From contig JBBQFH010000002.1 in the NCBI GenBank assembly GCA_038321865.1, positions 96,001 to 160,000 on the forward strand: DNA of 64,000 nt, in the 5' to 3' direction. The DNA comes from Gemmatimonadales bacterium. GTDB taxonomy: Bacteria; Gemmatimonadota; Gemmatimonadetes; Gemmatimonadales; GWC2-71-9. A program made the translations under genes and the position numbers. The notes below the pieces were generated by a model that saw only the letters and a list, made by a program, of their open reading frames with translations, ran no database searches and was not told where the DNA came from. This document shows, one piece after another, positions 47,401 to 57,118 of the stretch. Positions within the stretch are counted from its first letter, which is position 1; every line of letters begins with the position of its first letter.

Positions 47401-47707
47401 GAGCGCGGAATTGCGCTTCCCGCTGATCAACGCCAAGCTGGGTGTCGTGCCCAGCGGTTTCCCGCCGATCGAGGGTGCGCTGTTCTATGATATCGGCGTC
47501 GTGCGGGACGTGGGGACGACACTCAAGTGGAGCTACGGCCCGGGCGAGGAGTCGGATCCGAACATCCGGGTGCCGCTGCAGACGATCGGCGCGTCGATCC
47601 GGATCAACATGCTGGGATTCGTCATCGTACGGCTGGACTATTCGCGACCGCTCCGGCGTCCAGGCGTCGGCGGCCTCTGGGCGCTGAGCCTCGGACCGAC
47701 GTTCTAA
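44486..47707 (+). CDS. Outer-membrane Omp85-family protein with N-terminal zinc metallopeptidase domain and TolB-like PD40 beta-propeller
   Basis: Signal peptide; HEMTH...WFVEGMAEY; repeated WSPDG; C-terminal barrel with ELIRGY, SAELRFP and terminal Phe. Confidence 0.85.
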   Translation: MLRRCAPALLSALLALPASLSAQYFGQNKVQYESFGFKIIETQHFDVYFYERERPAAMDVARMAERSYARLAKVLNHQFHERKPIIVYASHADFIQTNATPGDVGEGTGGFTDFLKHRNIFPLTGSYAENQHVLTHEMTHQFQYDIWSGGKAGGGISTLIAVNPPLWFVEGMAEYMSLGSVDPNTAMWLRDAAIEGKLPTINQLENDPRVFPYRFGHALLAYIGERWGDEAIGAILQTSRTAGIEGAFRRVLGLTLNQLSDQWRDAVQKKYLPEIGTRPKARAMATAMLTKARSQGTLHLAPALSPDGSKVAYFSEKDFFFVDLYLADVATGKVDRRLLKSTYSSNYETFRFINSQASWSPDGRLIATAGKRGPRDEIVIIDVKQNRQVGRIKVNLNGVTTPSFSPDGKRLVFTGYDGGISDLFVVDVDGRNFRRLTNDKNADFDPVWSPDGKTIAFATDRGPRTNFTDLAFGNLRIALYDLDTGNIRLLSHMDEGTNVSVQWAPDGRSLAFVSDRTGVSNIFLYELGDDQLYQLTDFYTGVQGITPISPVLSWAHAADRLAFVYYEDGKYDVYSLANPRSLKRQPFVTMPRDSAAGVASISARPAAPGAPTAAAPAAAGTPQPQVGEGGSIYRTPRGFRSSSEIAISGDSSKVPVPVSIVALMDSVNFALPDTGDFSEKTYKVHFTPDYVARPSIGYTRDNFGNGFFGGSAVQLSDMLGNQQLVFAGYVNGRITESQVLAAYTNLAHRTNYAFGVQQLPYFFFESYENRVGTGPGENTFVTNIRRIVLRSAFVQASHPFSRFQRLEAAMNYTNVSDANLEIQEPYDAATGIPLTDPILVTNGLPGINYVQPSLALVFDNSLSGYVGPFLGRRYRLEVAQNIGNWRFTQLTADFRRYDKLIGPFTLATRALYFGRIGRDAQQFRIFGGSTELIRGYTSGSYQRHECANAPSTGTVTGCAALDRLVGTQIGVASAELRFPLINAKLGVVPSGFPPIEGALFYDIGVVRDVGTTLKWSYGPGEESDPNIRVPLQTIGASIRINMLGFVIVRLDYSRPLRRPGVGGLWALSLGPTF

Positions 47708-47723
47708 CCCCCCCTGTCCCATC

Positions 47724-47759
47724 GGGCCGTAACCGTTCATCGGGAACTGGTTACGGCCC
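47724..47759 (+). terminator. Hairpin downstream of the Omp85 gene
   Basis: GGGCCGTAACC...GGTTACGGCCC 11-bp stem plus an inner GTTC/GAAC stem. Confidence 0.55.
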
Positions 47760-47783
47760 ACCGGCCTGCCTATCTTTCCCGGC

Positions 47784-49232
47784 GTGACTCGCCGATGCCG
47801 CCTCGTCGGAGCGTGCCTGGCACTGCTCGCCGCCTGCGGACGCTCTCCGGACAAAACAGCCACCGCTGTTGCCGCCGCTGACCGCGCCGCGCCGGCGACC
47901 ACCGTGGTGCGCCTCGCCCGCGCAGGCGGACGAGCCCGCGCGTATGCCGTGCCGTCCCTGGAGCCCCAGACCTGGCAGTCGGACGGCACCATCCCGCCGA
48001 TCGACACCATCGTCGGGATCGACTTCGAGCAGCACCTGATCTATGCGCTCGACCGAAAAAAGAACGTCTTTGCCCTCGACCTCGATTCCCGGCGCACCCG
48101 CTCATTGCTGCCGCAGACCGTTCGCGCCATCCTGGGCCCGGATGCGTCGTTGTACGCGGTGGACACCGCCCTTGCCATCGTCCAGATCTCGCGCCGCTCG
48201 GTCACGCGCTTCCCCGGCCGCCTCAGGGCGCTGCCGACGCAGCTCTTCGCGACCGCTGGCGGTGAGGTGCTCGCCGTCGAGCCGACGATCGGCCGGCTCG
48301 CGTCGATCAGCGCTGATGCCGCACGGTCCGTGGCCCTGCCCCGCGGCCCGCTTGCCGCCTCGTTCTGGGGTGACCTGATTGCGGTGGCCACCGACACCGG
48401 GATCGTCCTTGCCGATCCGCAGGCGAAGCGTGCACCGGCCGTGATCCGGGAGCCGGGTGCCCGCGCCCTGTTGTTCTCGCCGTCCGGGCATCGGCTCTAC
48501 GCCGTCAGCGGTGCGCACGAGCTGCTGGTGATCGATCGCTTCGGGCGTACGATCATGAAGCGGATCCCGCTCCCGGCCGCCGCCGCCGTGATGCGGACCG
48601 ACTTTTTCGGCAATTGGCTGCTCGTACGGGCGGCCGATGGCAGCACCGTGTGGGTGGTCGACCTCGACCGCGAGAGCGTCCTGGCGACGGTGACGTCCGA
48701 CTGGGCGGCGGACCTGCCGGCCATCAGCTCTCCGCATACCCTGCTGCTTCGGCGAGGGCCCGACGTCGTCGCACTCGATCTCTCGAGTGCGGCGCTTGGC
48801 GAATCCGGGCGCGTCGCGGCGGGTGCGGCCGATCTGTGGCTGCCGGTCGTCTGGGCGCCTCCGCCGGCCCGGGTACTGGAGACCGCGGAAGCGACGAGCG
48901 ACACCGCGCGAGTGGCGCCACCGGTCCGAATCATCCGCGCGGACAGCGGCCGGCCGGCGTCGCCCGATACCTCTCAGCCCGTTGTTCCCGCTGCGGGCAC
49001 GCTGCTCTATCTGCAGGTCAGCAGCACCCGGAACCCGACCTGGGCCGACGATCTGGCCGGCAAGCTTCGCGGCGCCGGGCTCCAGCCGACGATATTGAAG
49101 CCGGCGGAGGCCGAAGAATCGTATCGCGTGGTGCTGGGGCCGTTCAAGACCCGCGAAGAGGCCGAGGCCACCGGCCGCCGCCTTGGCATGCCATCATTCG
49201 TCATCACGGCCCAGGGTGACTCCGGCCGATGA
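47784..49232 (+). CDS. Lipoprotein with beta-propeller-like region and C-terminal SPOR domain
   Basis: Lipobox LAAC; YLQVSS...YRVVLGPFKTREEAE. Confidence 0.8.
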   Translation: MTRRCRLVGACLALLAACGRSPDKTATAVAAADRAAPATTVVRLARAGGRARAYAVPSLEPQTWQSDGTIPPIDTIVGIDFEQHLIYALDRKKNVFALDLDSRRTRSLLPQTVRAILGPDASLYAVDTALAIVQISRRSVTRFPGRLRALPTQLFATAGGEVLAVEPTIGRLASISADAARSVALPRGPLAASFWGDLIAVATDTGIVLADPQAKRAPAVIREPGARALLFSPSGHRLYAVSGAHELLVIDRFGRTIMKRIPLPAAAAVMRTDFFGNWLLVRAADGSTVWVVDLDRESVLATVTSDWAADLPAISSPHTLLLRRGPDVVALDLSSAALGESGRVAAGAADLWLPVVWAPPPARVLETAEATSDTARVAPPVRIIRADSGRPASPDTSQPVVPAAGTLLYLQVSSTRNPTWADDLAGKLRGAGLQPTILKPAEAEESYRVVLGPFKTREEAEATGRRLGMPSFVITAQGDSGR

Positions 49233-49263
49233 TGCCTCCCCGTTTGCTGACAGGACCTGCGGC

Positions 49264-52200
49264 ATGAAGCTGACCAGGCTGGAGCTCTCCGGCTTCAAGT
49301 CCTTTGCGGACACGGTGACCCTGACATTCGAGGAGGGCGTCACCGCCATCGTTGGACCCAATGGGTGCGGCAAGTCCAATGTGTCGGACGCCGTTCGGTG
49401 GGTCCTCGGCGAGCAGTCTGCCCGGCTGCTGCGCGGCGGCAAGATGGAAGACGTGATCTTCCAGGGCTCGAGCGGCCGGCGGCCGGTCAACGTGACGGAA
49501 GTGTCGCTGTATCTCGACAACGCGGACGGCGATTTGCCGATCGCCTACCGGGAGGTCGTCATCACCCGGCGGCTCTCCCGCTCCGGGCAGAGCGATTACC
49601 TGCTGAACGGGTCTCCGGTCCGCCTGCGGGACATCCAGGACCTGCTGCGCGGCACCGGGCTCGGGAGCGACGCCGGAGTCGTGATCGAAGCGAAAATGAT
49701 CGATCTGCTTCTCTCCGACCGTGCCGACGAGCGCCGCTCGCTGTTCGAGGAGGCGGCCGGCATCGGGCTCTACCGCGACCGGAAGCACAGCACCGAACGA
49801 CGGCTCGAAGAGACCGCACAGGACCTGCAGCGGGTCGAAGACCTCATCGCCGAGGTGCAATCACAGATCCGCAGCCTGGCACGCCAGCGCGGCAAGGCAG
49901 AGCGCCACGTAAAGCTGACCGAAGAAAAATTTACGGTGCAGCTCACGCTTGCACGCCGCATGCTGGACCGGCTCTCCGAGCAGGCCACCGGCATGGAGGT
50001 GCGCTATGGCGAGCTCAGCCGCATCCTTCCGACGGCCCGGCAGCGGCTCACCGATCGGGAGGCATCCCGCGAGCAACAGGCGCTCGCGCGCGCCGCCGCC
50101 GAAGCGAGTCGGACCGGCCTCTCCCGGGAGCTGGGAGCGATGCGAGTGGAGCTTGGCCGTCTGGAGGGGGATATCGCCCTGGCCAGAGAGCGGCTGGCGC
50201 ATGCCACGGAGCGCAGGCTGCGGGCCGCAGAGGAGCGGGCACTGACCGAGGCCCGGGCCGCCGAGGCGGCGCGGGAGGAGAACGCCGCGGAGGCAGAGCG
50301 AGCCCAGTCGCACGCTGAACATGAGCGGATTCAGGTGGAGCTCACCGCTCGGGCGGCCGAGGAGGATGGTGGTCGCGCGCGCGTAGTTGCGGCGCGAGAG
50401 GCCGTACGGACACAGGAGAAGGAGCTCCAGGATCGTCTGCAGCAGCTTCGGGCGCTCGAGGGTGAGCGAGCCGCGCTGGACGGCGAGTTGGCGTCACTCC
50501 GGGAGCGGACTGCCCAGGCCGGCGCGCAACGAGCCGCGCTCCGAACCGAGCTGAGCGCCGCTGAGCGCCGTCGCGATCAGCTGGTCGAGCGTTCCGGCTT
50601 TCTGACCCACGAAGCTCGGCGTGCGCTCGACGAGGCGGAGCGGGCACGGCACGTGGTGGCGGAAACACGAGAGCGCGAGGCGACCCACCGCGCCACTCGG
50701 CGGCAGGCCGAAGAGCTGTTAGCGCAACTCACTACTCGTCGGCACGCCCTCGAGGAGCTCGAGCGCGACCGGGTCGGCCTGGCCCCGGGCGCCGCCGCGT
50801 TGCTTGCCGCACGCGGCCGCTTCGCGGACGGCGTCCTCGGCCCGCTCAGCGATTTCGTGAGCACGGGCCGGGAGGATGCGGAACTCGCCGAGCGGCTCTT
50901 GGGCGAGTGGATGCACGCGGTGCTGGTCCGGGACGAGGCTGCCGCCACCGCCATTCAGGCGTGGCACGCGGAGCAGCAGCCGGGCGCACTGGTGCTGCTG
51001 CCCGTCGAGCCAGGGCCGGCGGTGCACTCCGACAGCCAGGCGTTCGACGAGCGGCTCCGCGTCGAGGCGCCGGCCGTCGACTGGGTCCACGCCGCGTTGG
51101 CCGGCTCCCGCGTGCTGGATGGTGCCGGGCGGGTCCTCCGACGCGCGAGCGGGGCGATCTTTCTTTCCGGAGCGGGCGCGCCTTCCGGCCCGCTCCGCCG
51201 CCGCGCCGAGATCGCGAGCCTCATCCAGGACGTGGCCAACGGCGAGCATGCGCTCTCGACGGCCCAGACCGTCCTGGGTGAGACGACAGCCCGGCTGGCG
51301 GATGCCGAGCGGCTCCTCGCCGTCGCCGCCGCGTCCGCGGAGTCCGCCCGGGAAGAGGAGCGACAGGGAGCCGCCACTCGGGAAGATGCGATCCGCGTTT
51401 TAGGCCATCTGACGCGAGAGTTGGCCGATTCCGAAGCGCAGCTGGCACGGGTCGCGGAGCGACTCGCCCGCGCCGAGCTTCGCCTGGGGGAGATTGACGC
51501 GGCGCTCGTGGAGGAGGAGGTCGGCCGCGCGCGGGGTGACGACCTGCTGGCCCGCGCGCGCGCGGACTTCGCCGCGGTGGAAGCGGATCAGGAAGCGGCA
51601 CGCGAAGCGCGCGTACACCGGCAGGTGCAGGAGGCACACGTCGGAGCCCGGTTGCGCGCGGCCACCGAGCGCCTCGAACGCGCCGCGCGCACGCGGACGG
51701 AAGCCGAAACCGGCGGTGCCGCGCTCCGCGCCGAGCTGGTGCGCCTGGACGCTGACACCGCTGTTCTGGAGGCGCAGCGCGCCGGCTGGAGCGAGACGCG
51801 CGCTGACCGCATGGCAGCCGTGGCCGAGCTCGAAACGGCCACGACCAGCGCCGAGTCCACGCTCGAGGAGGCCGAGCGCGCATTGGCCGCAGTTGAGCGC
51901 GCGCTGGCCGACACCCGGCACGAGATCGACACCCTCGCCGAGGAAAGTCACCGGCTTCAGATCGAACGGACCGAGGCTGCCGCGGCGCGCCGAAGCATCA
52001 CCGAGCGCGTCGAGGCAGAGTGGCGCCGGCCGATCGCGGCATTACTCGAGAGCGTCGCCATGCTCGACCTGGATCTGGAGACGCTGGAGGCGGAGTCGGC
52101 GCGGATCGTCGGGGCGCTGGAGAGCATCGGGCCGGTCAATCCGCTCGCGGTCGAGGAACACGCGGAGGAAAGCAAGCGGCTGGACTTTCTCATTGCCCAG

Positions 52201-52740
52201 CGGGACGACCTCGTCAGCGCGCGCCAGTCGCTCATGCAGGCCATCCGCGAGATCGACGGGACGGCGCGCCAGATGTTCCTGGAGACCTTCAACGCCGTGC
52301 AGGGCAATTTTCTCAAGGTATTCACCACGCTGTTCGGCGGCGGCGAGTGTGATCTGCGCCTGGCCAATGCCGCGGATCCGCTGGAGAGCGAGATCGAGAT
52401 TCATGCCGCGCCGCGGGGAAAGCGCACGCAGCGGATTCATCTGCTGTCGTCCGGCGAACGCACGCTGGTGGCCGTCTCGCTGCTGTTCAGCATCTATCTG
52501 ACAAAGCCCAGCCCGTTCTGCCTCATGGATGAGGTGGATGCGCCGCTCGACGACGCGAACGTCGGCCGGTTCACCCGGCTCCTCGATGAGTTCAAGGCGA
52601 CGACCCAGTTCCTGGTCATTACTCACAATCCGAGAACCATGCAATCGGCCGACGCCGTCTACGGCGTGACGATGCAGGAACCAGGTGTGTCCACAATCGT
52701 GGGGGTGAAGCTGGGCGAGCGGGAGCGGGAACTCGCGTGA
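49264..52740 (+). CDS. smc: Chromosome segregation protein SMC
   Basis: GFKSFAD, VGPNGCGKSN, LFEEAAG, coiled coils, GPVN, LSSGE, MDEVDAPLD, ITH. Confidence 0.95.
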   Translation: MKLTRLELSGFKSFADTVTLTFEEGVTAIVGPNGCGKSNVSDAVRWVLGEQSARLLRGGKMEDVIFQGSSGRRPVNVTEVSLYLDNADGDLPIAYREVVITRRLSRSGQSDYLLNGSPVRLRDIQDLLRGTGLGSDAGVVIEAKMIDLLLSDRADERRSLFEEAAGIGLYRDRKHSTERRLEETAQDLQRVEDLIAEVQSQIRSLARQRGKAERHVKLTEEKFTVQLTLARRMLDRLSEQATGMEVRYGELSRILPTARQRLTDREASREQQALARAAAEASRTGLSRELGAMRVELGRLEGDIALARERLAHATERRLRAAEERALTEARAAEAAREENAAEAERAQSHAEHERIQVELTARAAEEDGGRARVVAAREAVRTQEKELQDRLQQLRALEGERAALDGELASLRERTAQAGAQRAALRTELSAAERRRDQLVERSGFLTHEARRALDEAERARHVVAETREREATHRATRRQAEELLAQLTTRRHALEELERDRVGLAPGAAALLAARGRFADGVLGPLSDFVSTGREDAELAERLLGEWMHAVLVRDEAAATAIQAWHAEQQPGALVLLPVEPGPAVHSDSQAFDERLRVEAPAVDWVHAALAGSRVLDGAGRVLRRASGAIFLSGAGAPSGPLRRRAEIASLIQDVANGEHALSTAQTVLGETTARLADAERLLAVAAASAESAREEERQGAATREDAIRVLGHLTRELADSEAQLARVAERLARAELRLGEIDAALVEEEVGRARGDDLLARARADFAAVEADQEAAREARVHRQVQEAHVGARLRAATERLERAARTRTEAETGGAALRAELVRLDADTAVLEAQRAGWSETRADRMAAVAELETATTSAESTLEEAERALAAVERALADTRHEIDTLAEESHRLQIERTEAAAARRSITERVEAEWRRPIAALLESVAMLDLDLETLEAESARIVGALESIGPVNPLAVEEHAEESKRLDFLIAQRDDLVSARQSLMQAIREIDGTARQMFLETFNAVQGNFLKVFTTLFGGGECDLRLANAADPLESEIEIHAAPRGKRTQRIHLLSSGERTLVAVSLLFSIYLTKPSPFCLMDEVDAPLDDANVGRFTRLLDEFKATTQFLVITHNPRTMQSADAVYGVTMQEPGVSTIVGVKLGERERELA

Positions 52741-52807
52741 CGCGGCTTCCGGGAATGGTCCGTCCCTTGCATAGGCCGCTGCTGCGCGTCCCCGGGGGGT
52801 CGGAGCC

Positions 52808-53848
52808 ATGTTGATCGTCATGCGGCACGGGGCGCCCGAAGCCGATATACAGCGAGTCGTGAGCGTGATCGAGGAAATGGGGTATCAGGCGCGACCGATG
52901 CCAGGTAAGCAACGCATCACCGTCGGGGTGGTCGGAAATGACGGCCGGATCGACGGCTCCCGGCTGGAGGCGCTGGATGGCGTGCAGGAGATCATCCACG
53001 TCACTAAGGCCTACAAGCAGGTCTCACGGGAGTGGAAGCCGGAATCGACCGTCGTCCGCCTGCCTGGCGGCCTCAGCATCGGGGGCGACGACGTCGTCGT
53101 GATGGCGGGCCCCTGTTCCGTCGAAAGTGAGGAGCAGATTCTCGCGGTGGCCGCCGCCGTGCGCGATGCGGGCGCGACTGTGCTTCGGGGCGGCGCCTTC
53201 AAACCGCGCAGCTCGCCCTACTCATTTCAGGGACTGGGGCGGCGAGGGCTGGACCTCCTCGGCCGTGCCCGCGCCGAAACCGGACTGCTGATCGTGACGG
53301 AGGCGATGGACGCCGAAGGCGTCGACATGGTGTCAGAAGTGGCCGACATCATTCAGATCGGCGCCCGGAACATGCAGAATTATTCCCTGCTCAAGACGGC
53401 GGGACGTGCCGGGAAGCCCGTGCTGCTCAAGCGCGGCCTCAGCGCCACGATCCAGGAGCTGCTGCTCTCCGCCGAATACATATTGGCCGAAGGAAATCCG
53501 GACGTGATTCTCTGCGAACGCGGCGTGCGCGGCTTTGACGGCGCCACCAGAAACCTGTTCGATGTCAGCGCCGTGCCGGTCGTGCACGGCCTGTCGCACC
53601 TGCCGATCATCGCGGACCCGAGCCACGGCACCGGGCACCGTGAGATGGTCACACCGATGGCCTTGGCCGCGGTGGCCGCCGGCGCTGACGGACTCCTGGT
53701 CGAGGTCCATCCCGATCCGCAGCGCGCATGGTCCGATGGCGCCCAGAGTCTCGAGGTGCCCCAGTTCCAGCGGCTGATGCGCGAGGCACGGCTGATTGCG
53801 GAGGCCATCGGCCGGCGCGTGGCCGAGCCGGCGGGACTCCGCGCATGA
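52808..53848 (+). CDS. aroF: DAHP synthase (class I beta, N-terminal regulatory domain)
   Basis: [44 protein letters not shown]. Confidence 0.95.
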   Translation: MLIVMRHGAPEADIQRVVSVIEEMGYQARPMPGKQRITVGVVGNDGRIDGSRLEALDGVQEIIHVTKAYKQVSREWKPESTVVRLPGGLSIGGDDVVVMAGPCSVESEEQILAVAAAVRDAGATVLRGGAFKPRSSPYSFQGLGRRGLDLLGRARAETGLLIVTEAMDAEGVDMVSEVADIIQIGARNMQNYSLLKTAGRAGKPVLLKRGLSATIQELLLSAEYILAEGNPDVILCERGVRGFDGATRNLFDVSAVPVVHGLSHLPIIADPSHGTGHREMVTPMALAAVAAGADGLLVEVHPDPQRAWSDGAQSLEVPQFQRLMREARLIAEAIGRRVAEPAGLRA

Positions 53849-54504
53849 GGGCGCGATGGCTGGCCGCCTGCATCGCCCTGGGCGCCCTCACAACCACCCC
53901 CGCCGTTGCCCAGAATGCGGCGGACGTCGTCGGCCGATCGGCACGGGCCTACGCGTCGCTCGGTTCGCTTCGAGCGGAATTCGAGCAGCGCATCGATGAT
54001 CCGCTGATCGACACCGCGCTCACCAGCCGCGGTACGCTGGTGCAATCCGGCCAGTCGAAGCTGTCCATGCGATTCTCATCGCCGCCGGACGACCGCATCA
54101 TCATCGATGGTCAGCACGTGTGGGTCTACACGCCGAGCACGACACCCGGGCAGGTCCTCCGGCTGGCACTGCCGAGCGGCGGGCCGGTCTATGGGTTCAA
54201 CGTGCTGTCCTGGATTCTGGACCGGCCGAGCGAGCGATACCGGATGCGCTATCTCCGGAGTGACCAGGTGGGCGGACGGGGAGTGGATGTGGTCGAGCTG
54301 ACGCCGAACGTTCCGGAACTGCCCTTCAGCAAGGCGATCGTGTGGCTCGACCGGGACGATGCGCTGCCGCGCCGCCTCGAGATCACTGAGCGGCTTGGCG
54401 GAACGCGCACCATCACGCTCTCCCGGCTCCGCGCGAACGCGTCGGTTGCCGATAGCACCTTCCTCTTCAAGGTGCCGGCCGGCGTCCACGTGGTGGATCA
54501 GTAG
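53845..54504 (+). CDS. lolA: Outer-membrane lipoprotein carrier protein LolA family
   Basis: Signal peptide; [30 protein letters not shown]. Confidence 0.82.
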   Translation: MRARWLAACIALGALTTTPAVAQNAADVVGRSARAYASLGSLRAEFEQRIDDPLIDTALTSRGTLVQSGQSKLSMRFSSPPDDRIIIDGQHVWVYTPSTTPGQVLRLALPSGGPVYGFNVLSWILDRPSERYRMRYLRSDQVGGRGVDVVELTPNVPELPFSKAIVWLDRDDALPRRLEITERLGGTRTITLSRLRANASVADSTFLFKVPAGVHVVDQ

Positions 54505-54507
54505 CCC

Positions 54508-55356
54508 TCAGCCGGCGGCGAGCACCCGCACCACCGCATCCGCGGCCGCCGGCGCCAGTCCAGCGCTCCTCGCCAGGCCCAGCGCCACCATCCCAAGGTC
54601 ACAGTAGAGCCGGCGCTCCCGCCCCTCGAGGCGGGACAAATGTGCCGTGACCGTGGCGACGTCTCCGCGGCGAATGGCACCCGTCAGCGCCGCTTCCGGG
54701 CCGAGCGCCGCCAGATTCGATGCCGCTCCGGCGAGCAGCGGCCGGTAGATCTCGCCCGCCTCGACAGGCCCGATCCCCGCGCGCCGCGCCATTCCCTCTC
54801 CGACCGCCAGCAGCGACGCCGCATAGTTGGCGACGAACGTCGCTCCGAGATGGTAATCCGCCTTGCCGCCCGTCGGAATGCGGACCGGCCGCATGCCGAT
54901 CGCTCGCGCGAGCACCTCAGCGCCCTCGATCGCGCGCGCGTCTCCCTCCACTCCAGCATACGCGCCGCGGAGCCGCTCACTGGCGAGGGCGGGGTCCGCG
55001 ACGGTCTGGAGCGGGTGCAGCGAGCCGAGCCCCGCGCCGGTCACGCCCAGCGGGGCGAGCGCCTCGCGATCGAGCAGTCCGGACAAATGGAGTACCACGT
55101 GTTCCGAACCGATCGAGGCGGATGCGGCCAGGTGGGTGGCCACATCCCCGATGGAGCCATCCGGCACCGCGATCAGCACCATGCGACTCGCCGCGACCGG
55201 CGTCGGCCAGCGATCGGACGGCCAGATGAGGTTAGGCACCTCCACGCGCTCACGTCGGCCGAGGAGCGTGACGCCCCGCCCCGCCGATGCCAGCGCCAGC
55301 GCCAGACCGCGACCCATCCTTCCCGGGCCGATGATCGCAATCGAGCCGTCAGCCAC
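54508..55356 (-). CDS. Rossmann-like and DUF2520 domain oxidoreductase (PanG-like)
   Basis: GGAGG SD then GTG; IIGPGRMG, AVPD, HLSG, HPLQT, YH..A..N, LTGAIRRGD. Confidence 0.85.
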   Translation of the reverse strand: MADGSIAIIGPGRMGRGLALALASAGRGVTLLGRRERVEVPNLIWPSDRWPTPVAASRMVLIAVPDGSIGDVATHLAASASIGSEHVVLHLSGLLDREALAPLGVTGAGLGSLHPLQTVADPALASERLRGAYAGVEGDARAIEGAEVLARAIGMRPVRIPTGGKADYHLGATFVANYAASLLAVGEGMARRAGIGPVEAGEIYRPLLAGAASNLAALGPEAALTGAIRRGDVATVTAHLSRLEGRERRLYCDLGMVALGLARSAGLAPAAADAVVRVLAAG

Positions 55357-55381
55357 CAACCCTCCCGCGTCCGGCCCGCGA

Positions 55382-55416
55382 AAGCCCGGCCGGCCCCTGG
55401 TAGGCCGGCCGGGCTT
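55382..55416 (-). terminator. Intrinsic terminator after the S41 peptidase gene
   Basis: 14-bp stem AAGCCCGGCCGGCC/GGCCGGCCGGGCTT ending in TTT on the minus strand. Confidence 0.6.
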
Positions 55417-55445
55417 CGTAATACCCCGCATTCCGAGACTGGATG

Positions 55446-57086
55446 CTAGTTCCTGCCGGCCCCAGCCGGCGGCTGAGCAGACAGCGCAAGCAGCTCCTTC
55501 GGAGTCTGGGCGCGACGGAGGAGACCAAGTGCGGTCTGCATCTGGTGATCGTCTCCCGCACGGCGCCGGAACTCAGCCGGGCGGCCGAACACGTATCGGG
55601 CAATCTGGTAGCCGATCTGGGGGTCCACCAGCGTGGCCGCGCTGTCGTACACCATCTGCGACACCTGCACGCCGCCCGCCTTCAACCGTTGAAACACCTG
55701 CTGGTGCATCTCTGGCGTCACCCTGAAGTTTTCCGAGCGAACCGATCCCTTCTGCTTCACCTCCAGTGCATAGCTCGTGAGTACGTCGAGGTACACCGGG
55801 GTCTTGTCAGCCAGGTCGCGGACGAACTCCTTCTCGGGCCCGGTGAGCGTGTCCCGCCGGACCACGACATCGGGCACGATGCCGCCGCCGCCGCGGACCG
55901 TTCGTCCGGCGTCGGTCTGGAAGATGGGGCGGGCCTTGATCGAGGTATCGCGCGGGGCCGCCAGCGAGTCATGCGGTGCGACACTGCCGTCGGCGATCGC
56001 CTGGCGGAACTGGTCCTCTTCGTCCTTGGCCGTGCGCTGAATCGTGCGCCCGCTCGGCGTGAACCAGCGCGCGGTCGTCAGCTTCAGCGCGACGCCGTCG
56101 GCCAGCGGGTAGAGCGTCTGCACCAGCCCCTTGCCGAACGTCGGCGAGCCGACGACGACTGCGCGGTCGTGGTCCTGCAGGGCGCCGGCGATAATCTCCG
56201 CGGCGCTCGCCGTGCCCTCGTCGACCAGTACGACAATCGGCATATCGGGCCAGACCTGGCGGGCCTGATCGAAGAACTCCTGCGACGAGTGCGGCGCGCG
56301 GCCTCGGGTGGACACAATCTCCTGCTTCGGATCGAGGAAGAGATCACCCACTTCGACACCCTGATTGAGCAGCCCGCCCGGGTTGCCGCGCAGGTCGAAT
56401 ACCATCTCCTTCATGCCCTTCGCGCGCATCGCCGTGATCTCGTCCCGCAGCTCCCGCGCGGAGGTCTCCGACACGGGCGCGAGCGAGATGTAGCCCACTC
56501 CGCCGTCGAACAGCGTCCCCGCCGGCACCGACCGCTGGTGGATGCTGGCGCGGGTGAGCTCGTACGGCATGACCTGGCCGAGCCCGACACGACGGACCAC
56601 GATCTTCACCTTGCTGCCGGGCTCGCCGCGAAGGGCCTTCACGGCCTGGTCGCTCTTCCAGCCCTCGGTAGAATTGCCGTTGACCTCGATGATCTGGTCT
56701 CCGGTCTGAATGCCCGCTCGTTCGGCCGGCGTTTCGGGGAGGGGCGCAACGACCGTGATCCACCCGTTGCGCACGTCGATCTGGATGCCGAGCCCCGCGT
56801 AATTGCCGGAGGTCTGTTCGGTCAGCTGCTTGTAATCGTCCCCCGTGAGCAGCACGGAGTAGGGATCCTTGAGCTCGCTGAGCATGCCGTCGGTGGCCTT
56901 GCGATAGAGCGAGCTGTCCGCGATGGAATCCACATAGTAGCTGCTCACATGCGACAGCACGTCGTTGAACAGTCGTTCCTGCTGATAGCCGACCGCCTGT
57001 GGTCCCGAGCTGCGCTGCAACAGCCAGCCGCCGCTCGCAAAGGAGATCACCGCCACCACGCCAATTACTCCCCACCGCTGCTTCAT
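55446..57086 (-). CDS. C-terminal processing peptidase (S41A, CtpA/Prc-like) with PDZ domain
   Basis: DPYS, GLGI, DLRGNPGG, TASAAEI.AGALQD, TFGKGLVQ, TPSGRTIQ, GGGIVPD. Confidence 0.92.
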   Translation of the reverse strand: MKQRWGVIGVVAVISFASGGWLLQRSSGPQAVGYQQERLFNDVLSHVSSYYVDSIADSSLYRKATDGMLSELKDPYSVLLTGDDYKQLTEQTSGNYAGLGIQIDVRNGWITVVAPLPETPAERAGIQTGDQIIEVNGNSTEGWKSDQAVKALRGEPGSKVKIVVRRVGLGQVMPYELTRASIHQRSVPAGTLFDGGVGYISLAPVSETSARELRDEITAMRAKGMKEMVFDLRGNPGGLLNQGVEVGDLFLDPKQEIVSTRGRAPHSSQEFFDQARQVWPDMPIVVLVDEGTASAAEIIAGALQDHDRAVVVGSPTFGKGLVQTLYPLADGVALKLTTARWFTPSGRTIQRTAKDEEDQFRQAIADGSVAPHDSLAAPRDTSIKARPIFQTDAGRTVRGGGGIVPDVVVRRDTLTGPEKEFVRDLADKTPVYLDVLTSYALEVKQKGSVRSENFRVTPEMHQQVFQRLKAGGVQVSQMVYDSAATLVDPQIGYQIARYVFGRPAEFRRRAGDDHQMQTALGLLRRAQTPKELLALSAQPPAGAGRN

Positions 57087-57118
57087 GTGTTCCCTCCCGA
57101 CAGAAGCGCCCGCCCGTC

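Noticed and set aside
55357..55431. ORF-track N-terminal extension of the DUF2520 gene
   Set aside because: It runs through a terminator hairpin; a GGAGG SD supports GTG at 55356.
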